This document shows positions 1-9,438 of a DNA stretch of 64,000 bases, one piece after another (the stretch's first letter is position 1; each line of letters starts with the position of its first letter). The stretch spans positions 26,466 to 90,465 of the forward strand of contig JBBTRH010000005.1 of the NCBI GenBank assembly GCA_038065275.1, given 5' to 3'. This DNA is from Patescibacteria group bacterium. Its GTDB lineage: Bacteria > Patescibacteriota > Patescibacteriia > SBBC01 > CAIJZX01. The position numbers and the translations under genes are program-made. Below the pieces are notes generated by a model. It was given only the letters and a program-made list of their open reading frames with translations, searched no databases and was not told the DNA's origin.

Positions 1-97
1 CAACGGCAAATTTTTTCTGATCAACGCCATTAATATACCTTTCGATTTTGGCAATCGCATCCAGAATGTGGCGTTTATAAATATCGTCTTTGTCCAT
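1..97 (-). CDS. HEPN/DUF86-family protein, N-terminal fragment (gene continues beyond window start)
   Basis: minus-strand ATG at 95-97 overlaps the stop of the upstream MNT gene; translation MDKDDIYKRHILDAIAKIERYINGVDQKKFAV matches the conserved N-terminus of DUF86/HEPN partners of MNT nucleotidyltransferases. Confidence 0.55.
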   Translation of the reverse strand, partial: MDKDDIYKRHILDAIAKIERYINGVDQKKFAV

Positions 98-383
98 AGA
101 TAATTTGAACATCTTTGGCGATATTCGTTTTTAAATAGGGATGAACGGCTTTTTCCGTCACCACATCCACTCGGCGGCCGAGGGTGGCGGACAAGGCTTG
201 CGACAAACCAACCAGATCAAAAAGGCTTTTTGGCCGCGCGTAGCGGATCATGATATCAATGTCGCTCGTGTCTTGTTCTTGACCGCGGGCGAACGACCCG
301 AAAATACCGGCAAATTCAACATCATGAACTCTTAAAATGGGTCCCGCTTTCTTTTGAATTTCTTTCAATCTGGCTTTGGTCAT
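75..383 (-). CDS. MNT-type (pol-beta superfamily) nucleotidyltransferase, HEPN-MNT pair
   Basis: ORF 75..449; GIFGSFARGQEQDTSDIDIMI = GS-x9-DxD NTase motif; start placed at M23 (MTKARLKEIQ); ORF-track start at 449 also possible. Confidence 0.7.
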   Translation of the reverse strand: MTKARLKEIQKKAGPILRVHDVEFAGIFGSFARGQEQDTSDIDIMIRYARPKSLFDLVGLSQALSATLGRRVDVVTEKAVHPYLKTNIAKDVQIIYGQRRYL

Positions 384-448
384 GCGCCAAGCATAGCAGA
401 AATATACATTTTGTCCAGGCATTTTCGTAGAGGTTTTCCCGCTATTCA

Positions 449-1021
449 CTACTGTGCCCGCCGTCGAAACATCCGCATCAACACCAAAACAACCAGCCCG
501 CCAACCAGGTTTTGGAACAAATCATGCGGCGTATCATACGGTCCTTGGACGCGGTGAGTATCGAACCAGAAATCACCGAGCCACTCGCTAATTTCATAGA
601 GCGATCCGACCAGCTGGCCGACCAGCACGCCCATCCAGGCCGCCCAACCCCAACCAGCTTGTAGTTTTCCGGTCGCCCGGTACGACAGAAAGAAGTCGAT
701 GAAGACGGCGCTAAGGGCCATCCCGCCGACGGCGTGCGTCAGGCGATCCCACCACCAGAATCCGGCGTACAGATGCTGAAAGTTGCCCAGCGCGTCAAGC
801 CAGACCGCGCCGGCCGCCAGGACGAAGGTCAGCCGGGCCAGACGGCTGCCCCGGCGGCGGAGCCAACGGTCGAAGAACAGCAGGGTAATCACGGACACCA
901 CGTTCGTCAAGGCTAAGGCGTTCTGCCGTCCAAACGTATCGTAACTAGTAAAGAGTTCGATCACCAACAACGCCGACTGAGCCACCAAAAAAATAATAAT
1001 GGGAAATCGTTCTTTCATACC
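449..1021 (-). CDS. integral membrane protein, unknown function
   Basis: ORF 449..1129 trimmed to MKERFPIIIF start abutting ATPase stop; multiple hydrophobic W-rich segments. Confidence 0.45.
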   Translation of the reverse strand, partial: GMKERFPIIIFLVAQSALLVIELFTSYDTFGRQNALALTNVVSVITLLFFDRWLRRRGSRLARLTFVLAAGAVWLDALGNFQHLYAGFWWWDRLTHAVGGMALSAVFIDFFLSYRATGKLQAGWGWAAWMGVLVGQLVGSLYEISEWLGDFWFDTHRVQGPYDTPHDLFQNLVGGLVVLVLMRMFRRRAQ

Positions 1022-3738
1022 GGCGTCGTCTTCAGGTACATCGGCCGCTCGGACCGGCGGCGAATCCACCATTTTCTCAGCTCTTCCACGCCAAATACCG
1101 GCGCCGCCGCCAAAATAATAATCAACCAATCACCAATCGTCAGCGGCGCCAGATGGAACACCGCGGCCAATACCGGCAGATAGATAATGGTGGCTTGCAG
1201 AATCAGCACCCCCACGATGGCCCCGGCCATACTCCGCGTCATGGTGGCGTGAATCAAGAGTGACCGGCGGGATGAGCGGGCGGTAATCGCATTGACAAGT
1301 TCGGCCGCCACCACCGACGTCAAGACCAGCGCGTACAGTCGCGGTTCTTCCATTCCGACCTTCAACCCGTACTGAAAAATAATTAAACTGGTCACGCCGA
1401 TGGCCGATCCGGTCAGGAGAATTCGATGCCACATTGAGGCCGGAATAATCTGGGCGCGCGGATCGTGGGGTTGTTCTTGCATCACCGACGGCGCCATCGG
1501 TTCGCGCGCCAAAGCTAAACCGAGGAACGGTCCGGTGATAGCGTTCAGCCAGATGATTTGCGTCGGCAGGAGCGGCAGCGGCAAACCGGCCATCAGGGCG
1601 GTCATGACCAGAATCAATTCGCCGAAGCTGGTGGCCAGCAAATAGTAGATCACTCGCCGAATATTGCGAAAAATACGACGGCCTTCGGCGATGGCCGCCA
1701 CGATGCTTAAAAAGTTGCCGTCAACCAGCAGTACATCCGCCGCTTCTTTGGCGGCCGCGCTTGAACCGCGGCCGACCGCAATACCGACATTAGCTTCAAG
1801 CAGGGCCGGCGCATCGTTGATGCCGTCGCCGGTCATGGCCACAATTTGACCCTCCTGTTTGAGAAGTTTGGCCAGCCGTAATTTATGTTCCGGCGTCAGG
1901 CGGGTGGCGACCGTGGTCAAAACCAATCGCCGGCGCAACGTCCGGTCGTCAAGCGCGTCGATGTCGCTCCCGTCAAGTAATCGGTCGGCCCGCTGATCCG
2001 GCAGTAGCCCCAACCGGGCGGCGACCGCTCGACCGGTATGACGATAATCGCCGGTCACCATAATCGTTTTAATCCCGGCTTGGTGCATCTCCTGAATGGC
2101 TTCCGCCGCTTCCGGACGAAGCGCGTCTTCCAATCCGAACAAGCCGACAAACGTGAACTGTCCGCCCAGCCGCTCGGCGGTCAATTCTTCAACTCGGTTC
2201 GGCCGATGGGTATACGCCACCGCCAATCCCCGGAGCGCTTGTCCGGCCCACCTTTCATAGACGGCCGTTACTTGACGCCGATCGTCGTCCGTCAGCGGGC
2301 TGGGTCCGGAGGCGGTCCAACGCTGACGACACAGTGACAGCACTTCTTGCGGCGCGCCCTTGATGACCACCAGCAATCCGGCGCCGTCGTGATGCCAGGT
2401 GATCATGTATTTCTTGTTGTAATCGAAGGGGAACTCGCCGACGCGGGGATGGGCGGCGGCGAGATCGACCCGGCTCCAGCCGATTTTTTCGGCCGCCACC
2501 AAGAGCGCCAGTTCAGTCGGGTCACCGATCGGCGTTCGCTGTCCGGCCACATCGCGGGAGAATCGGCTGTCATTATTCAACGCCCCGAGCCGGAAAGCCA
2601 GGTTGAGACCATCGTCGGCGCGACCGATAATTTTTTGGTCGTCAAGAAAAATGTCTCCCTCCGGCCGATAGCCCTTCCCCGACAGATGATACTCCCGCCC
2701 ATCAACCCAGGCTCGGGCCATCATCATCTCCCCGTAGGTCAACGTGCCGGTCTTGTCGGTCGCCACCACGGTCACCGCTCCGAGCGTTTCCACCGCGGCC
2801 AATTTTCGAACGATCGCCTGACGTTTCGACATCGCCCACATGCCGTAGGCCATGGCCATGGTGATGACTACCGGCAACCCCTCGGGGATAATTGACACGA
2901 TCATGCTGACCGCCAACAGAAACATTTGCTGGCCCGGCAAGTGACGGGCGATACCGAGCAAGAAAATAATCAGGCCGAGAAAAACCGTCACTACCGCCAG
3001 GCGCCGCGAAAAACCCGATATTTTCTTTTGAAACGGCGTCTGTTGATGGTCTATTTTTTGGAGATTCGCGACGATCGAACCGAAGCGGGTGTTGATGCCG
3101 ATCTCCGTGACCAGGAGCTTGCCCCGACCGCCGATCACTAATGTCCCCCGCCAACCCATGTTCCGGCGATCTTGGATAATCGTGCGGATCGGGAGCGGCG
3201 TCGCGATCTTTTCAACCGGCACGGATTCACCGGTCAAGCTGGATTCGTTGACCCGGACGTTGACGACGTCCACCCACCGGCCGTCGGCCGGTAAACCGTC
3301 GCCCGTTTCCACCACCACGATATCCCCGACCACTAAATCGCCGATCACCAATTCCTGTTCTTGGCCCTGGCGGATAACGTGGACGACTGGCGGCGCCAGT
3401 TGCAACAATTTGCTCATGGCCGTATTGGCCTGCACTTCCTGACGATACCCGATCGCCGCATTCAAGAGCACCACCGCGCTAATGACCAGCGCGTCCTGCC
3501 ATTCGCGCAATAGAAGCGAGATGACGCTGGCGATGAGCAAAATGTAAATCAGGGCGCTCTGGAACTGACTGCTGAACACCTGGAATCGCGTTCGTTCCCG
3601 GGGCGGCGGAAGAACATTGCGGCCGAACCGCTGGGCGGATGTCCGAACCTGATCGGGGGCTAATCCTTCCAGACTGCTCCCGGCCGATTGCAGGGCGGAT
3701 TCAACGCTGAGCGCCGACCAGAGAATCTTTTCGTCCAT
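1015..3738 (-). CDS. P-type cation-transporting ATPase (P2-type, Ca2+/Mg2+-like)
   Basis: 907 aa; TGES, DKTGTLT, TGDGINDAPAL motifs; 8-10 TM segments. Confidence 0.9.
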   Translation of the reverse strand: MDEKILWSALSVESALQSAGSSLEGLAPDQVRTSAQRFGRNVLPPPRERTRFQVFSSQFQSALIYILLIASVISLLLREWQDALVISAVVLLNAAIGYRQEVQANTAMSKLLQLAPPVVHVIRQGQEQELVIGDLVVGDIVVVETGDGLPADGRWVDVVNVRVNESSLTGESVPVEKIATPLPIRTIIQDRRNMGWRGTLVIGGRGKLLVTEIGINTRFGSIVANLQKIDHQQTPFQKKISGFSRRLAVVTVFLGLIIFLLGIARHLPGQQMFLLAVSMIVSIIPEGLPVVITMAMAYGMWAMSKRQAIVRKLAAVETLGAVTVVATDKTGTLTYGEMMMARAWVDGREYHLSGKGYRPEGDIFLDDQKIIGRADDGLNLAFRLGALNNDSRFSRDVAGQRTPIGDPTELALLVAAEKIGWSRVDLAAAHPRVGEFPFDYNKKYMITWHHDGAGLLVVIKGAPQEVLSLCRQRWTASGPSPLTDDDRRQVTAVYERWAGQALRGLAVAYTHRPNRVEELTAERLGGQFTFVGLFGLEDALRPEAAEAIQEMHQAGIKTIMVTGDYRHTGRAVAARLGLLPDQRADRLLDGSDIDALDDRTLRRRLVLTTVATRLTPEHKLRLAKLLKQEGQIVAMTGDGINDAPALLEANVGIAVGRGSSAAAKEAADVLLVDGNFLSIVAAIAEGRRIFRNIRRVIYYLLATSFGELILVMTALMAGLPLPLLPTQIIWLNAITGPFLGLALAREPMAPSVMQEQPHDPRAQIIPASMWHRILLTGSAIGVTSLIIFQYGLKVGMEEPRLYALVLTSVVAAELVNAITARSSRRSLLIHATMTRSMAGAIVGVLILQATIIYLPVLAAVFHLAPLTIGDWLIIILAAAPVFGVEELRKWWIRRRSERPMYLKTTPV

Positions 3739-3740
3739 AA

Positions 3741-4994
3741 TTATCGCCAGATGTTCATGATGGTCATCACGCCGGCGCCAGTCATGACCGCGAAGGTCAG
3801 CCAGCCCAGCCCGCGAACGATCGACGGGTGCCGGTGACCTCCGACCACATCGCGGCGATCAGCCAGGCGCAACATGTAGAACAGAATGACCGGCGCCAGT
3901 AAGCCGTTGAGCACCGCCGCCGCGATCAAAAACTGAATAGCCGCCACGCCGGTCAGGGTCGCTAACGCGCCAATGACGATCGCCGCGCTGATGGTAATGT
4001 AAAACGCTTTTGCTTGCTGAAATTTTTTTCCTAGGCCTTCCGGCCAATTAAACACTTCGGCCAACGCGTACGCCGCCGATCCGGCCAGGACCGGAATGGC
4101 CAGCAGTCCGGTCCCCAGGATCCCCAGCGCGAACAGGAAGAACGTTAGCGACCCGGCGATCGGCCGCAACGCTTCCGCCGCCTGTCGAGCGCTCTCGATG
4201 TTGGTGATCCCGGCCTGATGAAGCGTGCCGGCGGCCACGATGATAATGAAGAACATAATCACGTTCGAAAACAGCATGCCGACGACCGTATCCCAGCGCG
4301 CTTTTTTAAGTTGACCGCCAACGTCGGAATTAACCGCGGGCCGTGCCGCCTCCCGTAGTTTCTCCTCTTCCACCTCTTCCGACTCCTGCCAGTAAAATAA
4401 ATACGGCGAAATCGTCGTCCCGAGAATCGCGGTAATGAGCGGCCAAACCGCGGCGCCTTGATTCAGCGTCGGAATAACAGTCGCCCGGAAAATCGTCGCC
4501 CAATCTTGCCGGGTCGCAAACGCCGCGACGACGTAGGCCAACAGGGCCAGCGTCAACCATTTCAAAACATTGACGTACCTAACGTAGGACACGAAAATTT
4601 CCAGCAGGATGATCACCATCGCAAACAACACCAAGTACAGCCAGGCCGGCCCCGGCAACAGCAGTTGCGTGACCGCGCCCATGGCGCTCAAATCGGCGCC
4701 GATGTTGACGACGTTGACGACGAGCAGGCCGAGCGCCAAGACGAAGGCGGCGCGTTTCGAGACGTAGCGCTTGACCAGGCGGTTGAGCCCCTGTTTCGTC
4801 ACGATCCCGAGCCGGGCCGATATTTCCTGCGCCACCATCATCAACGGCGTGGTGAACAGCGACAGCCACAACAAGCCGTACCCGTACCGCGCGCCGGTTT
4901 GCGAGTAGGTCACGATCCCCGACGGGTCGTCGTCGGAGGCGCCGGTAATCACGCCCGGACCGATGTTCTTGATGAGTTTACGGAAGTGGAACAT
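3741..4994 (-). CDS. mntH: NRAMP-family divalent metal transporter
   Basis: 417 aa; N-terminal GPGVITGASDDDPSGI NRAMP signature; ~11 TM helices. Confidence 0.85.
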   Translation of the reverse strand: MFHFRKLIKNIGPGVITGASDDDPSGIVTYSQTGARYGYGLLWLSLFTTPLMMVAQEISARLGIVTKQGLNRLVKRYVSKRAAFVLALGLLVVNVVNIGADLSAMGAVTQLLLPGPAWLYLVLFAMVIILLEIFVSYVRYVNVLKWLTLALLAYVVAAFATRQDWATIFRATVIPTLNQGAAVWPLITAILGTTISPYLFYWQESEEVEEEKLREAARPAVNSDVGGQLKKARWDTVVGMLFSNVIMFFIIIVAAGTLHQAGITNIESARQAAEALRPIAGSLTFFLFALGILGTGLLAIPVLAGSAAYALAEVFNWPEGLGKKFQQAKAFYITISAAIVIGALATLTGVAAIQFLIAAAVLNGLLAPVILFYMLRLADRRDVVGGHRHPSIVRGLGWLTFAVMTGAGVMTIMNIWR

Positions 4995-5022
4995 GAGTCA
5001 AGTGAGTGTTTCTTTCGTGATG

Positions 5023-5050
5023 ATTATACCATAAAACGGCCGTTTCCGGC
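5023..5050 (-). promoter_or_regulatory. candidate extended -10 promoter (TGgTATAAT) for mntH-ATPase operon
   Basis: minus-strand TGGTATAAT 29 nt upstream of mntH ATG; weak -35. Confidence 0.35.
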
Positions 5051-5090
5051 TTTCCCATGTAGTGGACGCCGCGCATGCTACAATACCAGC

Positions 5091-5618
5091 GTGGATCGAG
5101 ACTTCCTTCGCCACCACAAAACCGCCGTTCTCGCCTTCACTATCGGCGTGGTGTTGGCCGTCCTGTACCTGACCCTGCCTGCGCTACACGATTTCTTGTC
5201 CCAAGTCAACCAGTTAGGCTATCCGGGCATGCTCCTGGCCGGCGTCATGTATGGCAGTGCGTTGACGTCATCCCTGGCCACCATTCTCTTCGTCGATACG
5301 CCGCCGCACCTCAATCCCATCATGATCGGACTGATCGGCGGTTTCGGAGCCGCGCTGTATGACCTCTCCGTATTCCTGCTTACCCGCCGCGAAGCCGAAC
5401 ACGGGTGGCTGGCCCGGGTCATCGCCCGTCTCCGCGAGCGGCGCCATGTCCCCAATTGGCTCACGGCTTTGATGGGCGTCGTCATTCTCGCCTCGCCGCT
5501 CCCCGACGAGCTGGCGGCCGGCTTGTTCGGCATCAATCGGAGCCGGAGCTTGCCGTTTTTCTTGCTCTCGTTTGCAAGCAACACGCTCGGTATCGTCCTG
5601 CTGAGCGTAGTGGTTTAA
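5091..5618 (+). CDS. small integral membrane protein, unknown function
   Basis: C-terminal ~175 codons of ORF 4458..5618; upstream part is antisense to mntH and R/Q-rich so start placed at first in-frame GTG after the divergent intergenic region; 4-5 TM helices. Confidence 0.4.
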   Translation: MDRDFLRHHKTAVLAFTIGVVLAVLYLTLPALHDFLSQVNQLGYPGMLLAGVMYGSALTSSLATILFVDTPPHLNPIMIGLIGGFGAALYDLSVFLLTRREAEHGWLARVIARLRERRHVPNWLTALMGVVILASPLPDELAAGLFGINRSRSLPFFLLSFASNTLGIVLLSVVV

Positions 5619-5952
5619 CGTAAACAATCCGAAATTTGAAGTCGGGGGGGTTTCCTCCACTTCTATACGTTTCAGTTTTTCTGCCATATTCCAGTAAAAG
5701 TGAAATGACTAGTAATGTCAGATTAACATAACGTAAAAGCCCTTCGCTTCCACCTACGCTAAAGCTTCGGTGGACGAGAAAGTCACCGACGCGCTATAGC
5801 GCTTTGGCGACGGCGCGTTACGGCTGGTCAAGCCCGAGGGGTTCGCCTGCCCCGGGCTTGTCCCGAGCTTGTCGAGGGGCTGCGGGGCGCGCCGCCTGTT
5901 GATGTTCTAACTAAGAGGGCCGGAGTAACGAACGCTACAAACTAAGGATTTT

Positions 5953-7221
5953 TTATTTCAATAAATCATTAAGCTCACAAGAAAGCAGTGCTGATTTATT
6001 GAGCACGATCTCCTCTTTCTGATTTAGATTATCCGCCGTTATTCTAATAACTTTGGTGACCATACTGTCGCCGAGCATAACTTTATTTGTTTTTTTAAAA
6101 TAGTTTTCCGTTTTATTGTAAAACAAGGTGATATACTGTTTGACCTTATTACTAAGCTGGTCTTTCGGGCTAGTGGCCACTAAGGGAATTATTTTCTCAT
6201 TAATTTTTGTCGGTAAATCACCATCTTTAAAAATTATCCAGTATTCGCTTAGTGCAAAACGGACTACCGCGCTATTTTGATCTTCAGTGTCATAGAAAAA
6301 ACCAAAATAGTATATACCACTAAGAATGTCTTTTTGAACAATAATTTCGCGTAATGTCGTTACCACATGTATTTCGTACTTATCAACCAGTTTGAAATAA
6401 CTTTCTCGCCAGTTCGCTAGCCAATTTTCAATATAGATCCGATCTACAAATAACGGGAGGAGGTCTTGTTTTAAATTTTCATCGTTTACTTCATTCATCT
6501 GGAATGTGAGTTTGTCAAAAAGCGCACGGGGATTTTTTACGTCAATGCCCTTGGCGACTAGATAATCAAAATCGGGCACAATCTTTTTGTTCATGTACCA
6601 TAAAAGATCGTAGATATCTCGCCCCTTCTCCTCATATACAGCCTTCCCCACTCCACGAGTCCCACGCAGAAAAATCGCCGCAATCTTGCTGGCCATCAGC
6701 GCCCCCATATTGTAGGTCACAATCACAAATGAAAGCTGGTCTCGGTTTATCGGTATACGTTCAGTCACCGTCTTAGAAGGCGCAAAGTGATTGAGGTCAA
6801 GTTTCACATGCACCTGTTTCGAAGGATGCCCCAGGCTTAATACTTCACCGACATTGAATTTAAGCAACAGTCCTCTCCCGGTAACAGTTTTTATGGTGAG
6901 AAAATTAGTATCAGCAGCGTAGGTGTTGGAAAAGTGCTCGGCCATATCATTCACTAATTCATCCAAATACTTCTCCGTTATCGCGTGCGCGACTTCAAAA
7001 TCCAAGTCAACTGACATACGGTTAAGATCGTGGCAGATGCGCAACGCCGAACCGCCGTACATAATCCACTTGCTGTATTCAGGATGGCGGTAAATATAAT
7101 TGAGCACGTAAAACTGTAACTCTTCTTTGAGCGCGTTGCGACGTGTCTCTACATCAATCCCACCATAAGCTATAATGTCATCGAGTTTCCTTTGTAATAT
7201 CGTTAGTATCTGTTCACTCAT
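5953..7221 (-). CDS. abiEii: AbiEii/AbiGii-family nucleotidyltransferase toxin (type IV TA, DUF1814)
   Basis: 422 aa, AT-rich; YGGSALRICHDLNRMSVDLDF matches the AbiEii NTase core; 8-nt overlap with upstream partner. Confidence 0.7.
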   Translation of the reverse strand: MSEQILTILQRKLDDIIAYGGIDVETRRNALKEELQFYVLNYIYRHPEYSKWIMYGGSALRICHDLNRMSVDLDFEVAHAITEKYLDELVNDMAEHFSNTYAADTNFLTIKTVTGRGLLLKFNVGEVLSLGHPSKQVHVKLDLNHFAPSKTVTERIPINRDQLSFVIVTYNMGALMASKIAAIFLRGTRGVGKAVYEEKGRDIYDLLWYMNKKIVPDFDYLVAKGIDVKNPRALFDKLTFQMNEVNDENLKQDLLPLFVDRIYIENWLANWRESYFKLVDKYEIHVVTTLREIIVQKDILSGIYYFGFFYDTEDQNSAVVRFALSEYWIIFKDGDLPTKINEKIIPLVATSPKDQLSNKVKQYITLFYNKTENYFKKTNKVMLGDSMVTKVIRITADNLNQKEEIVLNKSALLSCELNDLLK

Positions 7222-7831
7222 GTAAGTATTTCTTAATCATTGCATGAAACTTTTCCTGCTCGGACTTATCCATCTGATCAAAGTCAATTCGCAGGTTTTC
7301 AATCAGTGTCTCAATTTTTCCTAATGCGGGTCTGCGAAACTGGTTCGTTCTGAAATAGAGTAAGTCGAACAGTGCTTTTGATGGAGAAGCGACGAAACAA
7401 TCAAACTTCGCTTTCGCTAAAGAGAAATCTGTAAATAGTGATTTCTGGATGGACTGGTAGGCAAAATTTCCAACTCTTGTCTTATACTCCCTTGTAACTT
7501 TAGGCGTAACCGAGGTAACGGAGTGTATCGTCTCTGTGGTGAGATCATAATACTGAAGCGCCGCCCACGAGCTAACGTACGACGGCGTACGAATGACGTT
7601 TGCGAGATAGAATGAGTATGAAATGTCATTTTTGTTCTTGTCGTAAAAATCCGCAGCAACATACAGTCCATTCCTAAGCTGGACAATTTCATTGTGCTTC
7701 AAGCCGCGGCTGATGTAGGTGTTTATTGTCGCGTCGGTAAGCCCAAGCTGTTTACCAAGCTGATAAACGGTATTTTTGCCAAAATGGGGCAAGGGTTTTA
7801 GCTGTTCTATGAGGTTTTTTCGGCTTTTCAT
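7214..7831 (-). CDS. abiEi: AbiEi-family antitoxin/transcriptional regulator
   Basis: 205 aa; N-terminal winged-helix-like region; directly upstream of and overlapping abiEii. Confidence 0.6.
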   Translation of the reverse strand: MKSRKNLIEQLKPLPHFGKNTVYQLGKQLGLTDATINTYISRGLKHNEIVQLRNGLYVAADFYDKNKNDISYSFYLANVIRTPSYVSSWAALQYYDLTTETIHSVTSVTPKVTREYKTRVGNFAYQSIQKSLFTDFSLAKAKFDCFVASPSKALFDLLYFRTNQFRRPALGKIETLIENLRIDFDQMDKSEQEKFHAMIKKYLHE

Positions 7832-7929
7832 AAGTATGACAGTAGTGTATCATATATGAAAAGTGGTGTCAAATGGTACTTATTCAATGACCAAAAGCGG
7901 CCTCCATTCCCGCACGCCCTCTCCTTCCG

Positions 7930-7970
7930 GCGCCCCGCCGCCGCATTTTCCCGCCGCCCGAGGGGTTCGT
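7930..7970. repeat. IR-A left copy: 41-bp perfect inverted repeat (GC-rich junction element)
   Basis: GCGCCCCGCCGCCGCATTTTCCCGCCGCCCGAGGGGTTCGT; exact reverse complement at 11353-11393; followed by a short hairpin and GCGCCGC. Confidence 0.8.
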
Positions 7971-7998
7971 GCCCCGCTTTGCGGGGCGCGCCGCTAAA

Positions 7999-8277
7999 TT
8001 ATGGTAATAAATTACGCCTCATCCAGTCAGTCACATCTTTTGAAATATTAAAAGTCGCCCAATTACTATTTGGAACTTCGATAACCATTACTTTGTCAAC
8101 CGATTTAATTCTATCCCTAATGCCATCCCGAATTTGTGCAATATCTATAGGAGTTTTGATTATCCAAGTATTGGCACACGGTCTTGCCCATTGTGAGGCG
8201 GTTTTAAGGTACGCTATCAAATTCGGATAACTATTTTCCGTATAACTTAGCTGATAAGATATTAAGAATGATTTCAT
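7999..8277 (-). CDS. hypothetical 92-aa protein immediately downstream of the PIN-like gene
   Basis: AT-rich ORF, 3-nt gap to upstream stop; no recognisable motif. Confidence 0.4.
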   Translation of the reverse strand: MKSFLISYQLSYTENSYPNLIAYLKTASQWARPCANTWIIKTPIDIAQIRDGIRDRIKSVDKVMVIEVPNSNWATFNISKDVTDWMRRNLLP

Positions 8278-8280
8278 ATC

Positions 8281-9339
8281 CTATGTCACATTATTACCTA
8301 GTCCGCCGTCTTCTTTAGGTTCTGTACTCGATACGCTTCCAGAGCTTAAATCACCTTGATCTTGAATATCAGAAACAGTAATTGGGCTGTTGTTAGATCC
8401 AATCGAATCAGTGGAAGAGGCAACTAATCCCTCCTCAGATTTTGCCAATTCTTGGTCCGTTTGTGTTGACTCTTTTAGTTTTTTAACTTTTTCAAGTAAA
8501 TCCTTGTTAAATTTCACTTTAAAATGCTGACCAGCATACTTCATAAATTGATCTGATTGGTACATGTGAAAAGAAACATTGGCGCGCTCCTTTACTTCTT
8601 TTAACAATTCATGTCTTGCGCCAATAATCGTTGCACCATTTAATCCACTAACCTTCCACCACCAATCCTCTTTTTGTTCGTCAGTTACAAAAATAATAGG
8701 GGTTTTTGCTTCTTGTGCCTTATCAAGTATCTGCATCCAAATAATAAGGTCGCCGAATTTACTCGTTCCAGTCTTATCTTCCTTGTCCTTTCTTTTCCTA
8801 TCAGAATAACCTGGCGGTATTTCTTTTTCGTATCTAGCCTCCCCATCTTTATATATTTCATTCAGCCTTTTATTGTCAAATGGCTTTCCGACCCTATTTT
8901 TTAATATTCGATTCAGCTCGATCTCTACTTTATCTTTATTCAAAAAGTCACAATACTTATTTTTTGATAAAACCACTTCTTTTTGAATAGTTTTAAAATT
9001 TAGTGATATTTTTTTTAGAATCAATTTAGAATCAAAAAGTTTATCAATTTCCTGTTCTGTAGTATTTAAAAGGCTAATACTTTCGTGGTGAGCCTTTTCT
9101 TGGGAGTGAATTACATACAGTCTATCTCGATAATATTCCAAAGCCACCTGGTGAGGTATCCAAACCCTCCCTCTTTTTTGTAACTCTTTAAGAATGATTA
9201 TTAGCTTAGCCCTTGCTTGTTGTGGGATGCGATATAGACTTAAAAGTACATTTGTGTCAAAAACAAACGTTGCTTCATCCCAAAGCTTAATAAAACTTCT
9301 CTTTGATGGCTTATTATACTCCGGAAAAAGATCTCTCAT
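8281..9339 (-). CDS. PIN-like domain protein (DUF4935-like)
   Basis: N-terminal FVFDTNVLLSLY PIN motif, further acidic residues, DEQKEDWWWK block; low-complexity S/T/D-rich C-terminal tail. Confidence 0.55.
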   Translation of the reverse strand: MRDLFPEYNKPSKRSFIKLWDEATFVFDTNVLLSLYRIPQQARAKLIIILKELQKRGRVWIPHQVALEYYRDRLYVIHSQEKAHHESISLLNTTEQEIDKLFDSKLILKKISLNFKTIQKEVVLSKNKYCDFLNKDKVEIELNRILKNRVGKPFDNKRLNEIYKDGEARYEKEIPPGYSDRKRKDKEDKTGTSKFGDLIIWMQILDKAQEAKTPIIFVTDEQKEDWWWKVSGLNGATIIGARHELLKEVKERANVSFHMYQSDQFMKYAGQHFKVKFNKDLLEKVKKLKESTQTDQELAKSEEGLVASSTDSIGSNNSPITVSDIQDQGDLSSGSVSSTEPKEDGGLGNNVT

Positions 9340-9438
9340 GCTTGGACTATTTAACTTCAGATGGGTTATCTCTCATGGGCTTGTTGTGCCAATGTTATTA
9401 CAAATCACAGAATAAACTCACAAAAACATTACATGTGT

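Noticed and set aside
4458-5090. N-terminal ~210 codons of ORF 4458..5618 (+), R/Q/D-rich
   Set aside because: It is antisense to the well-supported mntH gene, is low-complexity, and is typical of spurious long ORFs in GC-rich DNA. Only the 3' membrane-protein part after the intergenic region is kept.
5676-5700. Sequence CCTCCACTTCTATACG resembling a half TIR of the MITE family
   Set aside because: Only a partial match (TATACG vs TAACGG) with no inverted mate nearby. It is probably chance or a decayed solo end.
7856-8230. Plus-strand 124-aa ORF
   Set aside because: It overlaps the GC-rich IR-A element and is antisense to the 7999..8277 gene, and its composition is incoherent.
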